Below are positions 22,871-35,800 of a stretch of DNA of 64,000 bases, one piece after another. Position 1 is the stretch's first letter. Every line of letters begins with the position of its first letter. The notes under the pieces are model-generated. The model was not told the origin of the DNA. It searched no databases and saw only the letters and a list, made by a program, of their open reading frames with translations. Position numbers and translations under genes: made by a program. Origin of the DNA: Heptranchias perlo (Eukaryota); assembly GCF_035084215.1 (NCBI RefSeq), contig NC_090353.1:17732001-17796000 (forward strand). Reading direction: 5' to 3'.

Positions 22871-25800
22871 GTCACCAGTATCTCTCTCTGGTATCCAGTT
22901 TTCATGTGTGCCAGTGAGCGTTGACAAGCCATTCAATCGCAGAGGACATTCCAGCCGAGGCCAATTCTGTCCTCACCGCACGTCCACGTGTGCACTTTGC
23001 AGCAGAATACTGGACAGTGATCACGAGCAGAAATCCTGGACGATTTCCCCTCCCTAACCCAGCAGCGGTGAGGCCATTTGTAGCATACCTGCTGATGCCC
23101 ATTGCTCGATCCCAGCTGAAGAATTAAGTGGGGGCTGGGGGTGGAGGGAGGAACTTTGGTAATCCTGATGCTGTTTCTACTTTCTGTGCTGAAAGGGGAA
23201 AGAGCACACATTAGTTTACTAATTTGCTGTTGTGTTTGATGCTGTCTGGTCACAGAGAGTAAGATGTTTATTGTTTATTGAGAGTAGCTGTGTTGTGGTG
23301 GAATGTGGAGCGTGAATGTAGCCTCTGAACACTCTCTGACTGCTGCTCACTTTGAAAAGTTGTCGTGTGATTGCTGATAATGAGTGAAAAGCACAGCACA
23401 AGCAGGGCAAATACAACCATTGCCTCTGCATGGACCCACCTGCAGGGTAAAAACTTCTCAGGTTGACTTTTACTGCAGCTTGTAGTTGGACAGCAGTTAA
23501 CCCAACAGTGGAATCGCTTGTGTGGCTGAGTTTGCTCTAGAATATTATAATTTGATTGTAAAAAAGAAAAGTCACATGCGGTTCATTCCTCTTGCTACCA
23601 GCTTTTGGCGACCTGCTGTAAAGCAGGCAGCGTACAGATATTGAACAGGAAGGACAAGGTTCCTGAATCAGTCAGCTTGCATGTTAGGTTTGAAAGGTCC
23701 TAGTAAAACCTCCCCCTCCCCCACCCGTGTCTCTCTCACATGTACTCTTTATTCACAGGTGGTTCTGTTGTCCAATGGCAGCAAAACTCTTGTGTGACCG
23801 CCAACTCCTTGCTGTGCTGGGAGCATGCCAATCACACTGAATCTGATATTTTACCAAGTAAGAAGCTTGTGGGATCTTTGCACAGCTTTCCTACTGGAGT
23901 AAAATCATAGATGAAGCAGTAGTGTCTCGTGGTCAAGATAGGGTTACCATAATTTACCAATTCCAAAACTGGACGGGAGTGGGGTGCAGCAGGGTAGAGA
24001 GTTTACAAGAGGTGGAGATGTTAGACGGTGTGGCGTAGAGGGGGCAGGATGGAGATGCATGGTAGTGGTGGGTAGTAAAGGGGCAGGGGGTAGAAACTGG
24101 GATCATAGCATGAGTTCTGAGCTTTGCTTTGCTGATTGATGTAAACTCATTGAAAGCTTAATAAAATAATCAATGCCTGCACATTAGAAGTGAATGGATG
24201 TCTATTTTAAAAATTAAATGTTTTGTATCTGGTGCATATTTGAGAAATTTCCTGACCGTGATGATTGTGGGTAAGATTGCATTGCGTGTATGTGTAAAAG
24301 TTCTGCTTTGTAATAGTTTGAATTAGATCTAAATGAAGTTCACCACTGGCTTGTGGATTTTTTTTTCCCCTCAGTGTTGTCAAAATATTGAAGGTATTTT
24401 AATAAATGTAAAGCAGCCAGAATATGAGAGCAGTATTTGGATCAGTTTATTTTCTTTGAAGACCTGTACTTTCTCCAGGGAGAGGGTGTCGAGTTCATAG
24501 AGCGTCTTGGTGTTGTCTCCCTGGGTATTTACTGTAGCTGCCCAAAAAGATACTTAGGGAGGGCTCACAGACCCCAGTCACCTCAGCACTCAGAACTTCT
24601 GCATCGTCCCATATTAACTCAGAACAGCATCGAGCGCTGAAATCAAGGCAGGAAGACACCAATTGACAGCCACGGTGGGAGAGCAACACCACTGTCAGGT
24701 GAGGGTGAGCTTGCAAAGCTACATTAGAAACCTGGAATGGTTTGCTCCAGCAGTCAAACATTCAGAGCCTATACTACAGTAATCCTTCAATGTCTTTTGG
24801 TGTAACAAAAACATTTTGAGACTACAGTGCAATTCTCAGCATCTTACTCTACTTACACTGTCTCCTCACATAATCAGCCTTGTCTTCCCTCCCTCTCTTT
24901 GTCACATATTTCTTCACCTCATCATTCATTCAGACACAATTCCTCATCCTATCGCCTACTGAAACAATTGCCTGCCCGGTTGCTCACTTACGTGTATGTT
25001 GAGATAAAACTTGTGGCAAAATTCAGATCAGAATGGATTTCTGCTGTGGGGGTTGAAAATACCAATTTCTCCAACAGTAACCTCTGTGTTCTATTATTAG
25101 CTTGCTACATCAAAGATCAACATTACCCAACTAGACTATTCATTGAAGGGTTTGTTCTAAGGTAAACATCTCTCCACTTATTTTAGACTTTCTCTCTCCC
25201 TTGGCTCTAATCTCCTGCAGCCAACTAACTGCAACTGAGAGTGGGCAGAGGGCCTACTTCCAGAACACTGCCAATGGCATTCAACTGACCAGTGGAAGAA
25301 CTGCCCCCAACCTACAGGGAAGATGCCTGGCCTCTACTTGGTGCCTTTCCAGTGGCAAAGCTGAAGCTGGTAGGGCAGGAGAATGAACCTGCATCGCTGT
25401 TCTGCTGTGCCATGTCAGTGCTCCAATACATAGCTTAAAAAAAGTCCCATCTTTGTAACTTTGTGCATTCTTACCTTATGTGCATATTCTTACTGTGTCT
25501 ATTCTGAGTGTAATCCTATTTTGTCTATGTATCCTTGCTTTGTGTATCCTTGGGTATGTATTCTTTCTTTTCTCTGGGTTACAAACATTCTTACAGAATT
25601 GCTTTTAAAAAGGGAAGAACTGTAGCTGTTCACTATTATAAAGACCGATATTCAAATTAACTGTCGAGAGCAGTTCTAGTTAAGCAGCTTTTCTCATCCA
25701 TTTGGGTAGTTTAGAGAGGGATTTTTTTTTTTGTCATTTAAAACCTAGCTTTTAATGTTCAAAATGGGATGCTGTCTTTTTACATTCATGGCAGAATAGG

Positions 25801-27502
25801 CTTAATGCAGAAGGGCAGTTTCTGCCAGGTATTGGCAGGAAGGTTTCACTATAATGTGCTAATCCATTCGACAGAATAAACTAAATTTTATGCTGAGTTT
25901 AATGTATTTTGATTAAAATGTGAGAATTAATAAGCTAAGATCACTGCTCTCTGCTAGCTACCATCTGTCCTTCATTTCAATGTTCTGCGTAGGATTTAAT
26001 TATTCCTTTTAAAGTAACTTTAAAGAAAAGTCAGATTAAATATTGAATACTCTGCACCCACTGGTTTAATTTTTCACCAATTTTATATTCAATTATGATT
26101 TATAGAGCAGGAGTTGAAAAGCCATCTCATTAAAAGGTCAATTTATGTACTTTGATGTTTTATATCGAATTGGAAACATGGTGGTGCCAAATTTTCACAC
26201 TGGCTACTTGTACATTTGAAAGAGTCGTAATCATACCCACTGCTAGTATTTCAAAAGGTGGTCTGGGTATGGATTTGGTATCAGGTGCTTCCCAGTGCAA
26301 TTTCCTTCATTGTTTTGGATAGCTGGCTACAATACTCCACTAGAAAATCCCTATTAATGTTTTAATGAAATATTATGTTCTTGGCTCTTGTATTTGTCAT
26401 TTCACTAATATTTGAGAGAGCTTGTTATAAAATTGCTAGAATTCAGTTACTGAGTTCTGACATAGGGTCCACACTTGAAACATGACCTCGTATGTTCTCA
26501 TGCTGTCTGATCTGACTTTACAATCATTTTGTTTTTTTTTAATGTCACATTTAACAGCTTCTAAATCAGTTTAAAAGGTGAGGTGCAACAATTATCCCCT
26601 GGAAAATGTAAAAAGAGGACAGGAATAGTGGAGGGGCTGGGAAGATTGAACACAAACAAAAGCAGTGCAAGAGGTCACTGCACTTTACAATCCTCACATT
26701 ATACACTTAATGACTTATGGTGAAGCAAAACAACAGAATCAGCACCAACTACTGGAAAAACAAGAGTTTATTGTACACAGTGGACAATGTTTGTCCTCCA
26801 CATCCAGCTTCAAAAACAAACTAAATCTCTGAAGAGACTTACATTAAACAAGTTTCTATGCAAGACTCCAACATAAGTTATGGAAATGTTATTCACAAAC
26901 ACACAGAATAACTATTTGACACTGGTACTTTTTTAAAAAAAAGTAGATTGGGTAAAAGTTGCCTGAGAAAATAAGATCTGTTCAATTTAACAATTTTAAA
27001 TAAAGTGTAAATGAAAAGTAGAAAATTGCAGGTTTCTAAATCAGCTGGTTTTGAAATAAAAATATCATTGCTGGGGAAATTCAGCTGAAGCTTGAATTGA
27101 GAGGCTGTTTCCACTGCACTATGATTACAGTGCTACAGAGAGCTCAGCATACTCACTGGCTCAGCTTCATTCCTAGAATCTGGTTCCATTGTGCTACACA
27201 GACTGCTGCTGTGCCTAAATGCACCACTGCCTGGTAACACTCCTGGATTACAGGGTAGTACAGCCAGTACTGCAATATGCAACTGGTGGATAACAGGGCA
27301 ACAAGTTCACAATTGATCTGCACAAGATAAAGGAATGAGTGCAAACTCCTGCTCGCCACCCAAAACACTCAGCCTATAACTACATTTAGAAACATCCCAG
27401 TGCTGGTGATATTACAAGTCCCCATCATACACATCAGCTTTGGCTAATGGATAAAACCAACTAAATTGAAATCCTGAGATCTAGTAATGAGACATTTCCA
27501 GG

Positions 27503-27645
27503 CTAACCATCTTGCTGTTGGATGAAAGGGTTTGGAATAGCCTCCATCCCATCTTGTGGGCAGATTAGAACAACCGAGGTCCCTCTGCATACGACCAAGC
27601 CAAGCTGGCGCGTGTCTTCAGTCAATTTGTATTGGTCATCTGGAT
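27503..27645 (-). CDS. LSM7: LSM7 exon 4 (coding part)
   Basis: DPDDQYKLTEDTRQLGLVVCRGTSVVLICPQDGMEAIPNPFIQQQDG*; candidate AATAAA on minus strand at 26767-26772. Confidence 0.95.
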
Positions 27646-29522
27646 CTGAAATTTATTACAGGTATGTTAAGTTTGTGCAAAATATTTATTAGCCCTTGAA
27701 CATCCAGCTCTATAACACAAAACAAACATGAAATGTGCTGGAGGGGTTGCAAGAGAAAAAGTAAACACTTGTATTTTAAAGAGGAAGTTGTATAACAAAA
27801 CTTTACTTGAAGGAGCATAGCTATGCTGGATCCCCCTCAGTGTTAGCTCAAGCACAAGAGACGTTGCCCTGTCTCTCGACTGGCAAATTAGAGTAAAGCG
27901 TTGGCTGAGAAATTAGCAGAGTGAAGCTCCCTCTGCTCTGCCAAGAAGAGCACTGCCTACTGCATCAGGGCGATGATGCCAGGTATCCTTATGATCCCTC
28001 AGTGAAGCTGCAGATCAGCAGGGATCTGATTCCAGCTGGTAGCATCTCATTTCTCGTGCCAGGCTGCAAAGCTGACTTGTAGCCAGCAATGTACTCTGCA
28101 CTTGTACGCCTACACCCATGAAGAGTTGATCAATTTTAAACTTACCTCAAGTGATGAGATGGCATCCCCAAGTGGGTGTCAGGACCCTGCTTTTAGGTCT
28201 GCCTAGGATCAAAGTTATACAACTTTGGCATCAGAAAGTGGAAATCACTTTACAGCAACACAGGAGTAGAATATACTGCACTCTAGTGGTTTTGTGCTAT
28301 CGATTCTTCACAAGGAGCTTGTGTTACAAAAGGCAGGAACATTTTTGTGGCTTACCTCTTACATACTCTATAGTTCCATCCAATACAAGATTGAGGAGTG
28401 GGTCAAACCTTTCAAATCCCACTGGCTGTCAAGTGGAAAAAAAAAGTAACTTCAAATTAACAGCTCTGCAGCATCAGGCAATATATAATGGAACCAAAGC
28501 ATGCAACACACAGGATTCTTGCCATTATCCTCCTTTCCTCCTCCCCCCTTCAGCAACAGTCATCAATAAAGCCCAGTACTAAAAACAGGCAAAGCTCCAT
28601 TTTCCAGTTAAAGTAATTTTAAGTTACAACAGAACAGCAAAGCAATGCTACTGCACTTCACTACTGGAAGGTTATATCTGTCACCTCACAACTTCTTGTT
28701 CTCCTGCCCAAAAGGAATAGCTGTGTTGAAACTTCTATTTTAGCCCATTCCGCAGAACTCAGCCCCCTAATTACCGCCAATCTAAAACTTCATGATATTG
28801 TTAATCTGTTCTTTTGGGCAGTTGAAGCTAAAAACGCACAAAGAAAACAGCTATTGGTATGTCAGACTGTGTTACATTTACACACACATCTATTATCTAA
28901 ATACACACAAAACCCGTATCAACAAACTGCACCTTCGCGTCCGCCTTGAAATTTTACACGGATTGTTTTGTCTATGTATTTGGAGAGGTCGAGGATACTC
29001 TCCTTCTTTTTCTTCTCCTTATCCTGCATTTAAAAAGACAGAAAAGGAATGTCAAGAGTAATAATTCTCACAGCTCAAGGTGTTCTCGTGGCCGCAGATT
29101 CGGACCAGAGCCTCGGATAAACCCACGTTTCCGTGAACCCACAGCCATTTCAAGCTGCTGGACGGAGTCAGGATTCCCGGGTGGTTAAAGGAGCCCATGA
29201 AACGGGAACAGGACAAACCAGCGAGTAAGGAATACAGACACAAACTGGGCTCCAGGCTTGGGTTTCATGGGCCGGATTGCCAGGGCCCGGAGCCGCTTTG
29301 TGGGAATCTCTGGCCGGGAAAGATTGGAACAGATAAAATAATTGGGAACAGCGAGGACTTCAATACGGCCCGGGCCCCCCTCCTTAGGCTGCTGCGGGTT
29401 TGTAGTTACAGAACCCGGGTTTAGAGCTCAAGCCCTCGGCCCACCGCTCAGTCTGGCCCCGGTTACTTTAGAACCCATCGCCCGGGGGACCCAACAACTC
29501 GCCGCCGCGCACTCACCGCCAT
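27503..29522 (-). CDS. LSM7: LSM7, U6 snRNA-associated Sm-like protein; exons 29517-29522, 28933-29023, 28356-28425, 27503-27645 (exon 3 has two apparent 1-nt deletions)
   Basis: MA|DKEKKKKESILDLSKYIDKTIRVKFQGGRE|ASGI[L]KG[F]DPLLNLVLDGTIEYVR|DPDDQYKLTEDTRQLGLVVCRGTSVVLICPQDGMEAIPNPFIQQQDG*; GT-AG introns; head-to-head with SPPL2B as in mammals. Confidence 0.96.
28356..28425 (-). CDS. LSM7: LSM7 exon 3 (70 nt; 72 needed to keep frame)
   Basis: ASGI..KG..DPLLNLVLDGTIEYVR with CAG/GTAAG ends. Confidence 0.9.
28933..29023 (-). CDS. LSM7: LSM7 exon 2
   Basis: DKEKKKKESILDLSKYIDKTIRVKFQGGRE, 91 nt. Confidence 0.96.
29517..29522 (-). CDS. LSM7: LSM7 exon 1 coding part (ATG GCG)
   Basis: GAGATGGCG|GTGAGT on minus strand within CpG island. 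Confidence 0.85.
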
Positions 29523-29824
29523 CTCCGCGCCGACAGCCTCCGACCTCCGAACCCGATGACCTTTAACCCCCGCCTGCTCCGTGAGTTCCGGCAGGCGGAG
29601 TTTCCCGACCCAGGCCCCGGGCCGTCAGCTCAGTTGCGGCCGGTTTTCAGATCTGCTGAAAAATAAAATTAAAACAACTCGCGCCCCCATTCAGCGCGAT
29701 CCGATTCCACGAATATTATCCCCTCCCTATTCTGTACATTTGGACTGTTCCGGTCCCGTCTGTGGGCTGTTGTCGGGCGCGACCACCGTACCCGGCTTGG
29801 ACGGGTCTAAGCCGCAACTGAAAC
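29523..29824. promoter_or_regulatory. Bidirectional CpG-island promoter LSM7/SPPL2B
   Basis: About 300 bp between divergent ATGs; CpG-rich; TTCCGG ETS-like sites; both ATGs in YY1-like (A/G)ANATGGCG contexts. Confidence 0.85.
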
Positions 29825-29873
29825 ATGGCGCTCGGAGCGAGGCTGCTGTTCTTCGCCCCTCCAGCTCACTCAG
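29825..29873 (+). CDS. SPPL2B: SPPL2B exon 1 (signal peptide; one extra C)
   Basis: AACATGGCG start and CAG|GTACCG donor; 49 nt, reads MALGARLLFFALQLTQ if one C of 29856-29859 is removed. Confidence 0.75.
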
Positions 29874-32800
29874 GTACCGGGCACTGTCTCACACTTACCC
29901 TGGGGCTGGCGACTGCTCACAGTGACCGCGGCCCGTTCCATCCGTTCTCCCCCCCCCACCCCCCCGGCCTCTCTGTCCCCCCCCCCCCGGCCTCTCTGTC
30001 TCCCCCCCGGCCTCTCTGTCTCTCCCCCCCCCCCCCCCCGGCCTCTCTGTCTCTCCCCCCCCCCCGGCCTCTCTGCTCTTCTCCCCTTCCCCCCCCCCCC
30101 CCCCGGCCTCTCTGTCTCTCCCCCCCCCCCCCCCCGGCCTCTCTGTCTCTCCCCCCCCCCCCCCGGCCTCTCTGTCTCTCCCCCCCCCCCGGCCTCTCTG
30201 TCTCTCCCCCCCCCCCCGGCCTCTCTGTCTCTCCCCCCCCCCCCGGCCTCTCTGTCTCTCCCCCCCCCCCGGCCTCTCCGTCCCCCCCCCGGCCTCTCTG
30301 TCTCTCCCCCCCCCCCCCCGGCCTCTCTGTCTCTCCCCCCCCCTCTCTGTCTCTCCCCCCCCGGCCTCTCTGTCTCCCCCCGCCCCCCCCCGGCCTCTCT
30401 GTCTCCCCCCGCCCCCCCCGGCCTCTCAGTCTCTCCCCCCCCCCCCCGGCCTCTCTGTCTCTCCTCCCCCCCCGGCCTCTCTGTCTCTCCCCCCCCCCCC
30501 GGCCTCTCTGTCTCTCCCCCCCCCCCCCCCGGCCTCTCTGTCTCTCCCCCCCCCCCCCCCTCCCCCCGGCCTCTCTGTCTCTCCCCCCCCCCCGCCTCTC
30601 TGTCTCCCCCCCCCCCCCTCTGTCTCTCCCCCCCCCCCCCCTCTCTGTCTCCCCCCCTCTCTGTCTCCCCCCCCCCCCCTCTGTCTCCCCCCCCCCCGGC
30701 CTCTCTGTCTCTCCCCCCCCCCCCCCGGCCTCATCGTCTCTCCCCCCCCCCCCCCGGCCTCTCTGTCTCTCCCCCCCCCCCCCCCGGCCTCTCTGTCTCC
30801 CCCCGCCCCCCCCNNNNNNNNNNNNNNNNNNNNNNNNNNNNNNNNNNNNNNNNNNNNNNNNNNNNNNNNNNNNNNNNNNNNNNNNNNNNNNNNNNNNNNN
30901 NNNNNNNNNNNNNNNNNNNNNNNNNNNNNNNNNNNNNNNNNNNNNNNNNNNNNNNNNNNNNNNNNNNNNNNNNNNNNNNNNNNNNNNNNNNNNNNNNNNN
31001 NNNNNNNNNNNNNNNNNNNNNNNNNNNNNNNNNNNNNNNNNNNNNNNNNNNNNNNCCCCCCCCCCCCGGCCTCTCTGTCTCTCCCCCCCCCCCCCCCCCC
31101 CCCCCGGCCTCTTGTCTCCCCCCCCCCCCCCCCCCCCCGCCTCTCTGTCTCTCCCCCCCCCCCCCCCCCCGGCCTCTCTGTCCCCCCCCCCCCCCGGCCT
31201 CTCTGTCGTCCCCCCCCCCCCCCCCCCCGGCCTCTCTGTCTCCTCCCCCCCCCCCGGCCTCTCTGTCTCTCCCCCCCCCCCCCCCCCCGCCTCTCTGTCT
31301 CCCCCCCCCCCGGCCTCTCTGTCGTCCCCGGCCTCTCTGTCTCCTCCCCCCCCCCCCCCCGGCCTCTCTGTCTCCCCCCCCCCCCCCCCCCGGCACTCTC
31401 CCCCCCCCCCCCCAGGCCTCTCTGTCTCCCCCCCCCCCCCCCCCCCCCCCGCCTCTCTGTCTCCCCCCCCCCCCCGGCCACTCGTCCCCCCCCCCCCCCC
31501 CGGCCCTCCTGTCCCCCCCCCCCCCCCCACAGCTCCTCCCCCCCCCCCCCCCCCGTCTCTCACTCTCCCCCCCCCCCCCCCGGCCTCTCTGTCTCCCCCC
31601 CCCCCCGCCTCTCTGTCTCCCCCCCCCCCCCCCCCCGGCCTCTCTGTCTCCCCCCCCCCCCCCCGGCCTCTCTGTCCCCCCCCCCCCCCCCCCGGCCTCT
31701 CTGTCTCCCCCCCCCCCCGGCCTCTCTGTCCCCCCCCCCCCCCCCCCGGCCTCTCCGTCTCCCCCCCCGGCCTCTCCGTCTCCCCCCCCCCCCGGCCTCT
31801 CCGTCTCCCCCCCCCCCGGCCTCTCCGTCTCCCCCCCCCCCCCCCCCCCCCCCCGGCCTCTCCGTCTCCCCCGCCTCTCTGTCCCCTCCCCCCCCCCCTC
31901 TCTTCCCCTCCCCCCCCCCCTCTCTGTCCCCTCCCCCCCCCCCTCCTGTCCCCTCCCCCCCCCCCTCTCTGTCCCCTCCCCCCCCCCCCTCTCTGTCCCC
32001 TCCCCCCCCCCTCTCTGTCCCCTCCCCCCCCCCCTCTCTGTCCCCTCCCCCCCCCCCCTCTCTGTCCCCCCCCCCCTCTCGTCCCCTCCCCCCCCCTCTC
32101 TGTCCCCTCCCCCCCCCCCCTCTCTGTCCCTCCCCCCCCCTCTCTGTCCCCTCCCCCCCCCTCTCTGTCACCCTCCCTCCCCCCTCTCTGTCCCCTCCCC
32201 CCCCCCCTCTCTGTCCCCTCCCCCCCCCCTCTCTGTCCCCTCCCCCCCCCCTCTCTGTCCCCTCCCCCCCCCCTCTCTGTCCCCTCCCCCCCCCCTCTCT
32301 TTCCCTCCCCCCCCCCTCTCTGTCCCTCCCCCCCCCCCTCTCCCTCCCCCCCCTCTCTCCCCCCCTCCCCCCTCCCCCCTCCCCCCCCCCCCCCCTCTCT
32401 GTCCCCTCCCCCCCCCCTCTCTGTCCCCTCCCCCCCCCTCTCTGTCCCCTCCCCCCCCCCCCTCTCTGTCCCTCCCCCCCCCTCTCTGTCCCTCCCCCCC
32501 CCTCTCTGTCCCCTCCCCCCCCCCCTCTCTGTCCCCTCCCCTCTCTGTCCCCCCCCTCTCTGTCCCCCCCCCCCTCTCTGTCTCCCCCCCCCCCCTCTCT
32601 GTCCCTCCCCCCCCCCCCTCTCTGTCCCCTCCCCCCCCCCTCTCTGTCTCCCCCCCCCCCCCTCTCTGTCCTCCCCCCCCCCCCCCGGCCTCTCTGTCTC
32701 CCCCCCCCCCCCGGCCTCTCTGTCTCCCCCCCCCCCGCCTCACTGCTCCCCCCCCCCCCGGCCTCTCTGTCTCCCCCCCCCCCCCCGCCTCTGTCTCCCC

Positions 32801-35800
32801 CCCCCCCCGGCCTCTCTGTCTCCCCCCCCCCCCCCCGGCCTCTTCGTCTCCCCCCCCCCCCGGCCTCTCTGTCTCCCCCCCCCCCCCCGGCCTCTCCTGT
32901 CTCCCCCCCCCCCCCCCCCGGCCTCTCTGTCTCCCCCCCCCCCCCCCCCGGCCTCTCTGTCTCCCCCCCCCCCCCCGCCTCTCTGTCTCCCCCCCCCCCC
33001 CCGCTCTCCGCCTCCCCCGCCCTCTCCGGCCTCTCTGTCTCTTCCCCCCCCCCCCGGCCTCTCTGTCTCTTCCCCCCCCCCCCCCGGCCTCTCTGTCTCT
33101 CCCCCCCCCCCCCGGCCTCTCTGTCTCTTCCCCCCCCCCCCCGGCCTCTCTGTCTCTTCCCCCCCCCCCCCGGCCTCTCTGTCTCCCCCCCGGCCTCTCT
33201 GTCCCCTCCCCCCCCCCCCCTCCCTCTCTGTCCCCCCCCCCTCCCTCCCTCCCTCTCTGTCCCCCCCTCCCTCCCTCTCTGTCCCCCCCCTCCCTCCCTC
33301 TCTGTCCCCCCCCCCTCCCTCCCTCCTCTCTGTCTCCCCCCCCCTCTCTGTCTCCCCCCCCCTCTCTGTCTCCCCCCCCCTCTCTGTCTCCCCCCCCCCC
33401 TCTCTGTCTCCCCCCCCCCCCTCTCTGTCTCCCCCCCCCCCTCTCTGTCTCCCCCCCCCCTCTCTGTCTCCCCCCCCCCTCTCTGTCTCCCCCCCCCCCT
33501 CCCTCCCTCTCTGTCTCCCCCCCCCCCTCCCTCCCTCTGTCTCCCCCCCCCTCCCTCCCTCTCTGTCTCCCCCCCCCCTCCCTCCCTCTCAGTCTCCCCC
33601 CCCCCTCCCTCCCTCTCTGTCTCCCCCCCCCCCCTCCCTCCCTCACTGTCTCCCCCCCCCCCCCTCCCTCTCTGTCACCCCCCCCCCCCCTCACGTCCCC
33701 CCCCCCCTCTCTGTCACCCCCCCTCCCACTCTCTCCACCCCCCCCCCTCCCTCTCTGTCACCCCCCCCCTCCCTCTCTGTCACCCCCCCCCTCCCTCTCT
33801 GTCACCCCCCCCTCCTCTCTGTCACCCCCCCCCCTCCCCTCTCTTCACCCCCCCCTCCCTCTCTGTCACCCCCCCCCTCCCTCCGTCCCCCCCCTCCACT
33901 CTGTCACCCCCCCCCTCCTCTCTGTCACCCCCCCCCTCCCTCTCTGTCACCCCCCCCTCCCTCTCTGTCACCCCCCCCTCCCTCTCTGTCACCCCCCCCT
34001 CCCCCTCTCTGTCACCCCCCCCTCCCTCTCTGTCACCCCCCCCCTCCCTCTCTGTCACCCCCCCCCCCCTCCCTCTCTGTCACCCCCCCCCTCCCTCTCT
34101 GTCACCCCCCCCTCCCTCTCTGTCCCCCCCCCTCCCTCTCTGTCCCCCCCCCTCCCTCTCTGTCACCCCCCCCTCCCTCTCTGTCACCCCCCCCTCCCTC
34201 TCTGTCACCCCCCCCCTCCCTCTCTGTCACCCCCCCTCCCTCTCTGTCACCCCCCCCCTCCCTCTCTGTCACCCCCCCCCTCCCCTCCTCTGTCACCCCC
34301 CCCCTCCCTCTCTGTCACCCCCCCCCTCCCTCTCTGTCCACCCCCCCCCTCCCTCTCTGTCACCCCCCCCCTCCCTCTCTGTCACCCCCCCCCTCCCTCT
34401 CTGTCACCCCCCCCCTCCCCTCTCTGTCACCCCCCCCCTCCCTCTCTGTCACCCCCCCCCTCCCTCTCTGTCACCCCCCCCCTCCCTCTCTGTCACCCCC
34501 CCCCTCCCCTCTCTGTCACCCCCCCCCTCCCTCTCTGTCACCCCCCCCCCTCCCTCTCTGTCACCCCTCCCCTCCCCCTCCTCCCCCCTCCCCCCCCTCC
34601 TCCCCCTCCCCCTCCCTCCCCCTCCCCCCCCCTCCCCCCCCNNNNNNNNNNNNNNNNNNNNNNNNNNNNNNNNNNNNNNNNNNNNNNNNNNNNNNNNNNN
34701 NNNNNNNNNNNNNNNNNNNNNNNNNNNNNNNNNNNNNNNNNNNNNNNNNNNNNNNNNNNNNNNNNNNNNNNNNNNNNNNNNNCCCCCCTCCCTCTCCCCT
34801 CCCCGGCTGCCCCCCTTGCTCCCTCCCCCTGCTGCCCCCCTTGCCCCCTCCCCTGCTGCCCCCCCTTGCCCCCTTCCCTGCTACCCCCCCCCTCCCTCTC
34901 TGTCCCCGTCTCCCTCTCTGTCCCGTCTCCCCCCCCCCTCCCTCTCTGTCCCGTCTCCCCCCCCCCCTCCCTCTCTGTCCCGTCGTCCCCCCCCCCCCTC
35001 CCTCTCTGTCCCGTGTCCCCCCCCCCCCTCCCTCTCTGTCCCGTGTCCCCCCCCCCCTCCCTCTCTGTCCCGTGTCCCCCCCCCCCCTCCCTCTCTGTCC
35101 CGTGTCCCCCCCCCCCCCCCCTCCCCCTCTCTGTCCCGTGTCCCCCCCCCCCTCCCTCTCTGTCCCGTCCCCCCCCCCCTCCCTCTCTGTCCCCGTCCCC
35201 CCCCCCTCCCTCTCTGTCCCGTCCCCCCCCCTCCCTCTCTGCTCCCGTCCCCCCCCCCCCCTCCCCTCTCTGTCCCGTCCCCCCCCCCTCCCTCTCTGTC
35301 CCGTCCCCCCCCCCCTCCCTCTCTGTCCCGTCCCCCCCCCCTCCCTCTCTGTCCGTCCCCCCCCCTCCCTCTCTGTCCCGTCCCCCCCCCCCTCCCTCTC
35401 TGTCCCGTCCCCCCCCCCCCTCCTCTCTGTCCCCGTCCCCCCCCCCCTCCCTCTCTGTCCCGTCCCCCCCCCCTCCCTCTCTGTCCCGTCCCGCCCCCCC
35501 CCCTCCCTCTCTGTCCCGTCCCCCGCCCCCCCTCCCTCTCTGTCCCGTCCCCTCCCTCTCTGTCCCGTCCCCCCCCCCCTCCCTCTCTGTCCCGTCCCCC
35601 CCCCCCCCCCCTCCCCTCTCTGTCCCCGTCCCCCCCCCCCCTCCCTCTCTGTCCCGTCCCCCCCCCTCCCTCTCTGTCCGTCCCCCCCCTCCCTCTCTGT
35701 CCCGTCCCCCCCCCCCTCCCCCTCCCTCTCTGTCCCCGTCCCCCCCCCCCTCCCTCTCTGTCCCGTCCCCCCCCCCCTCCCTCTCTGTCCCGTCCCCCCC

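Noticed and set aside
22105-22936. Repetitive minus-strand ORFs in three frames
   Set aside because: Artefact of the 32-bp minisatellite
16400-27400. LINGO3 or OAZ1 expected from human synteny
   Set aside because: No long LRR-Ig ORF and no antizyme TCC-TGA frameshift site seen
27960-28035. Intronic C/D snoRNA in LSM7 intron 3 (GATGATG..CTGA)
   Set aside because: C box imperfect, no convincing terminal stem or recognisable guide sequence
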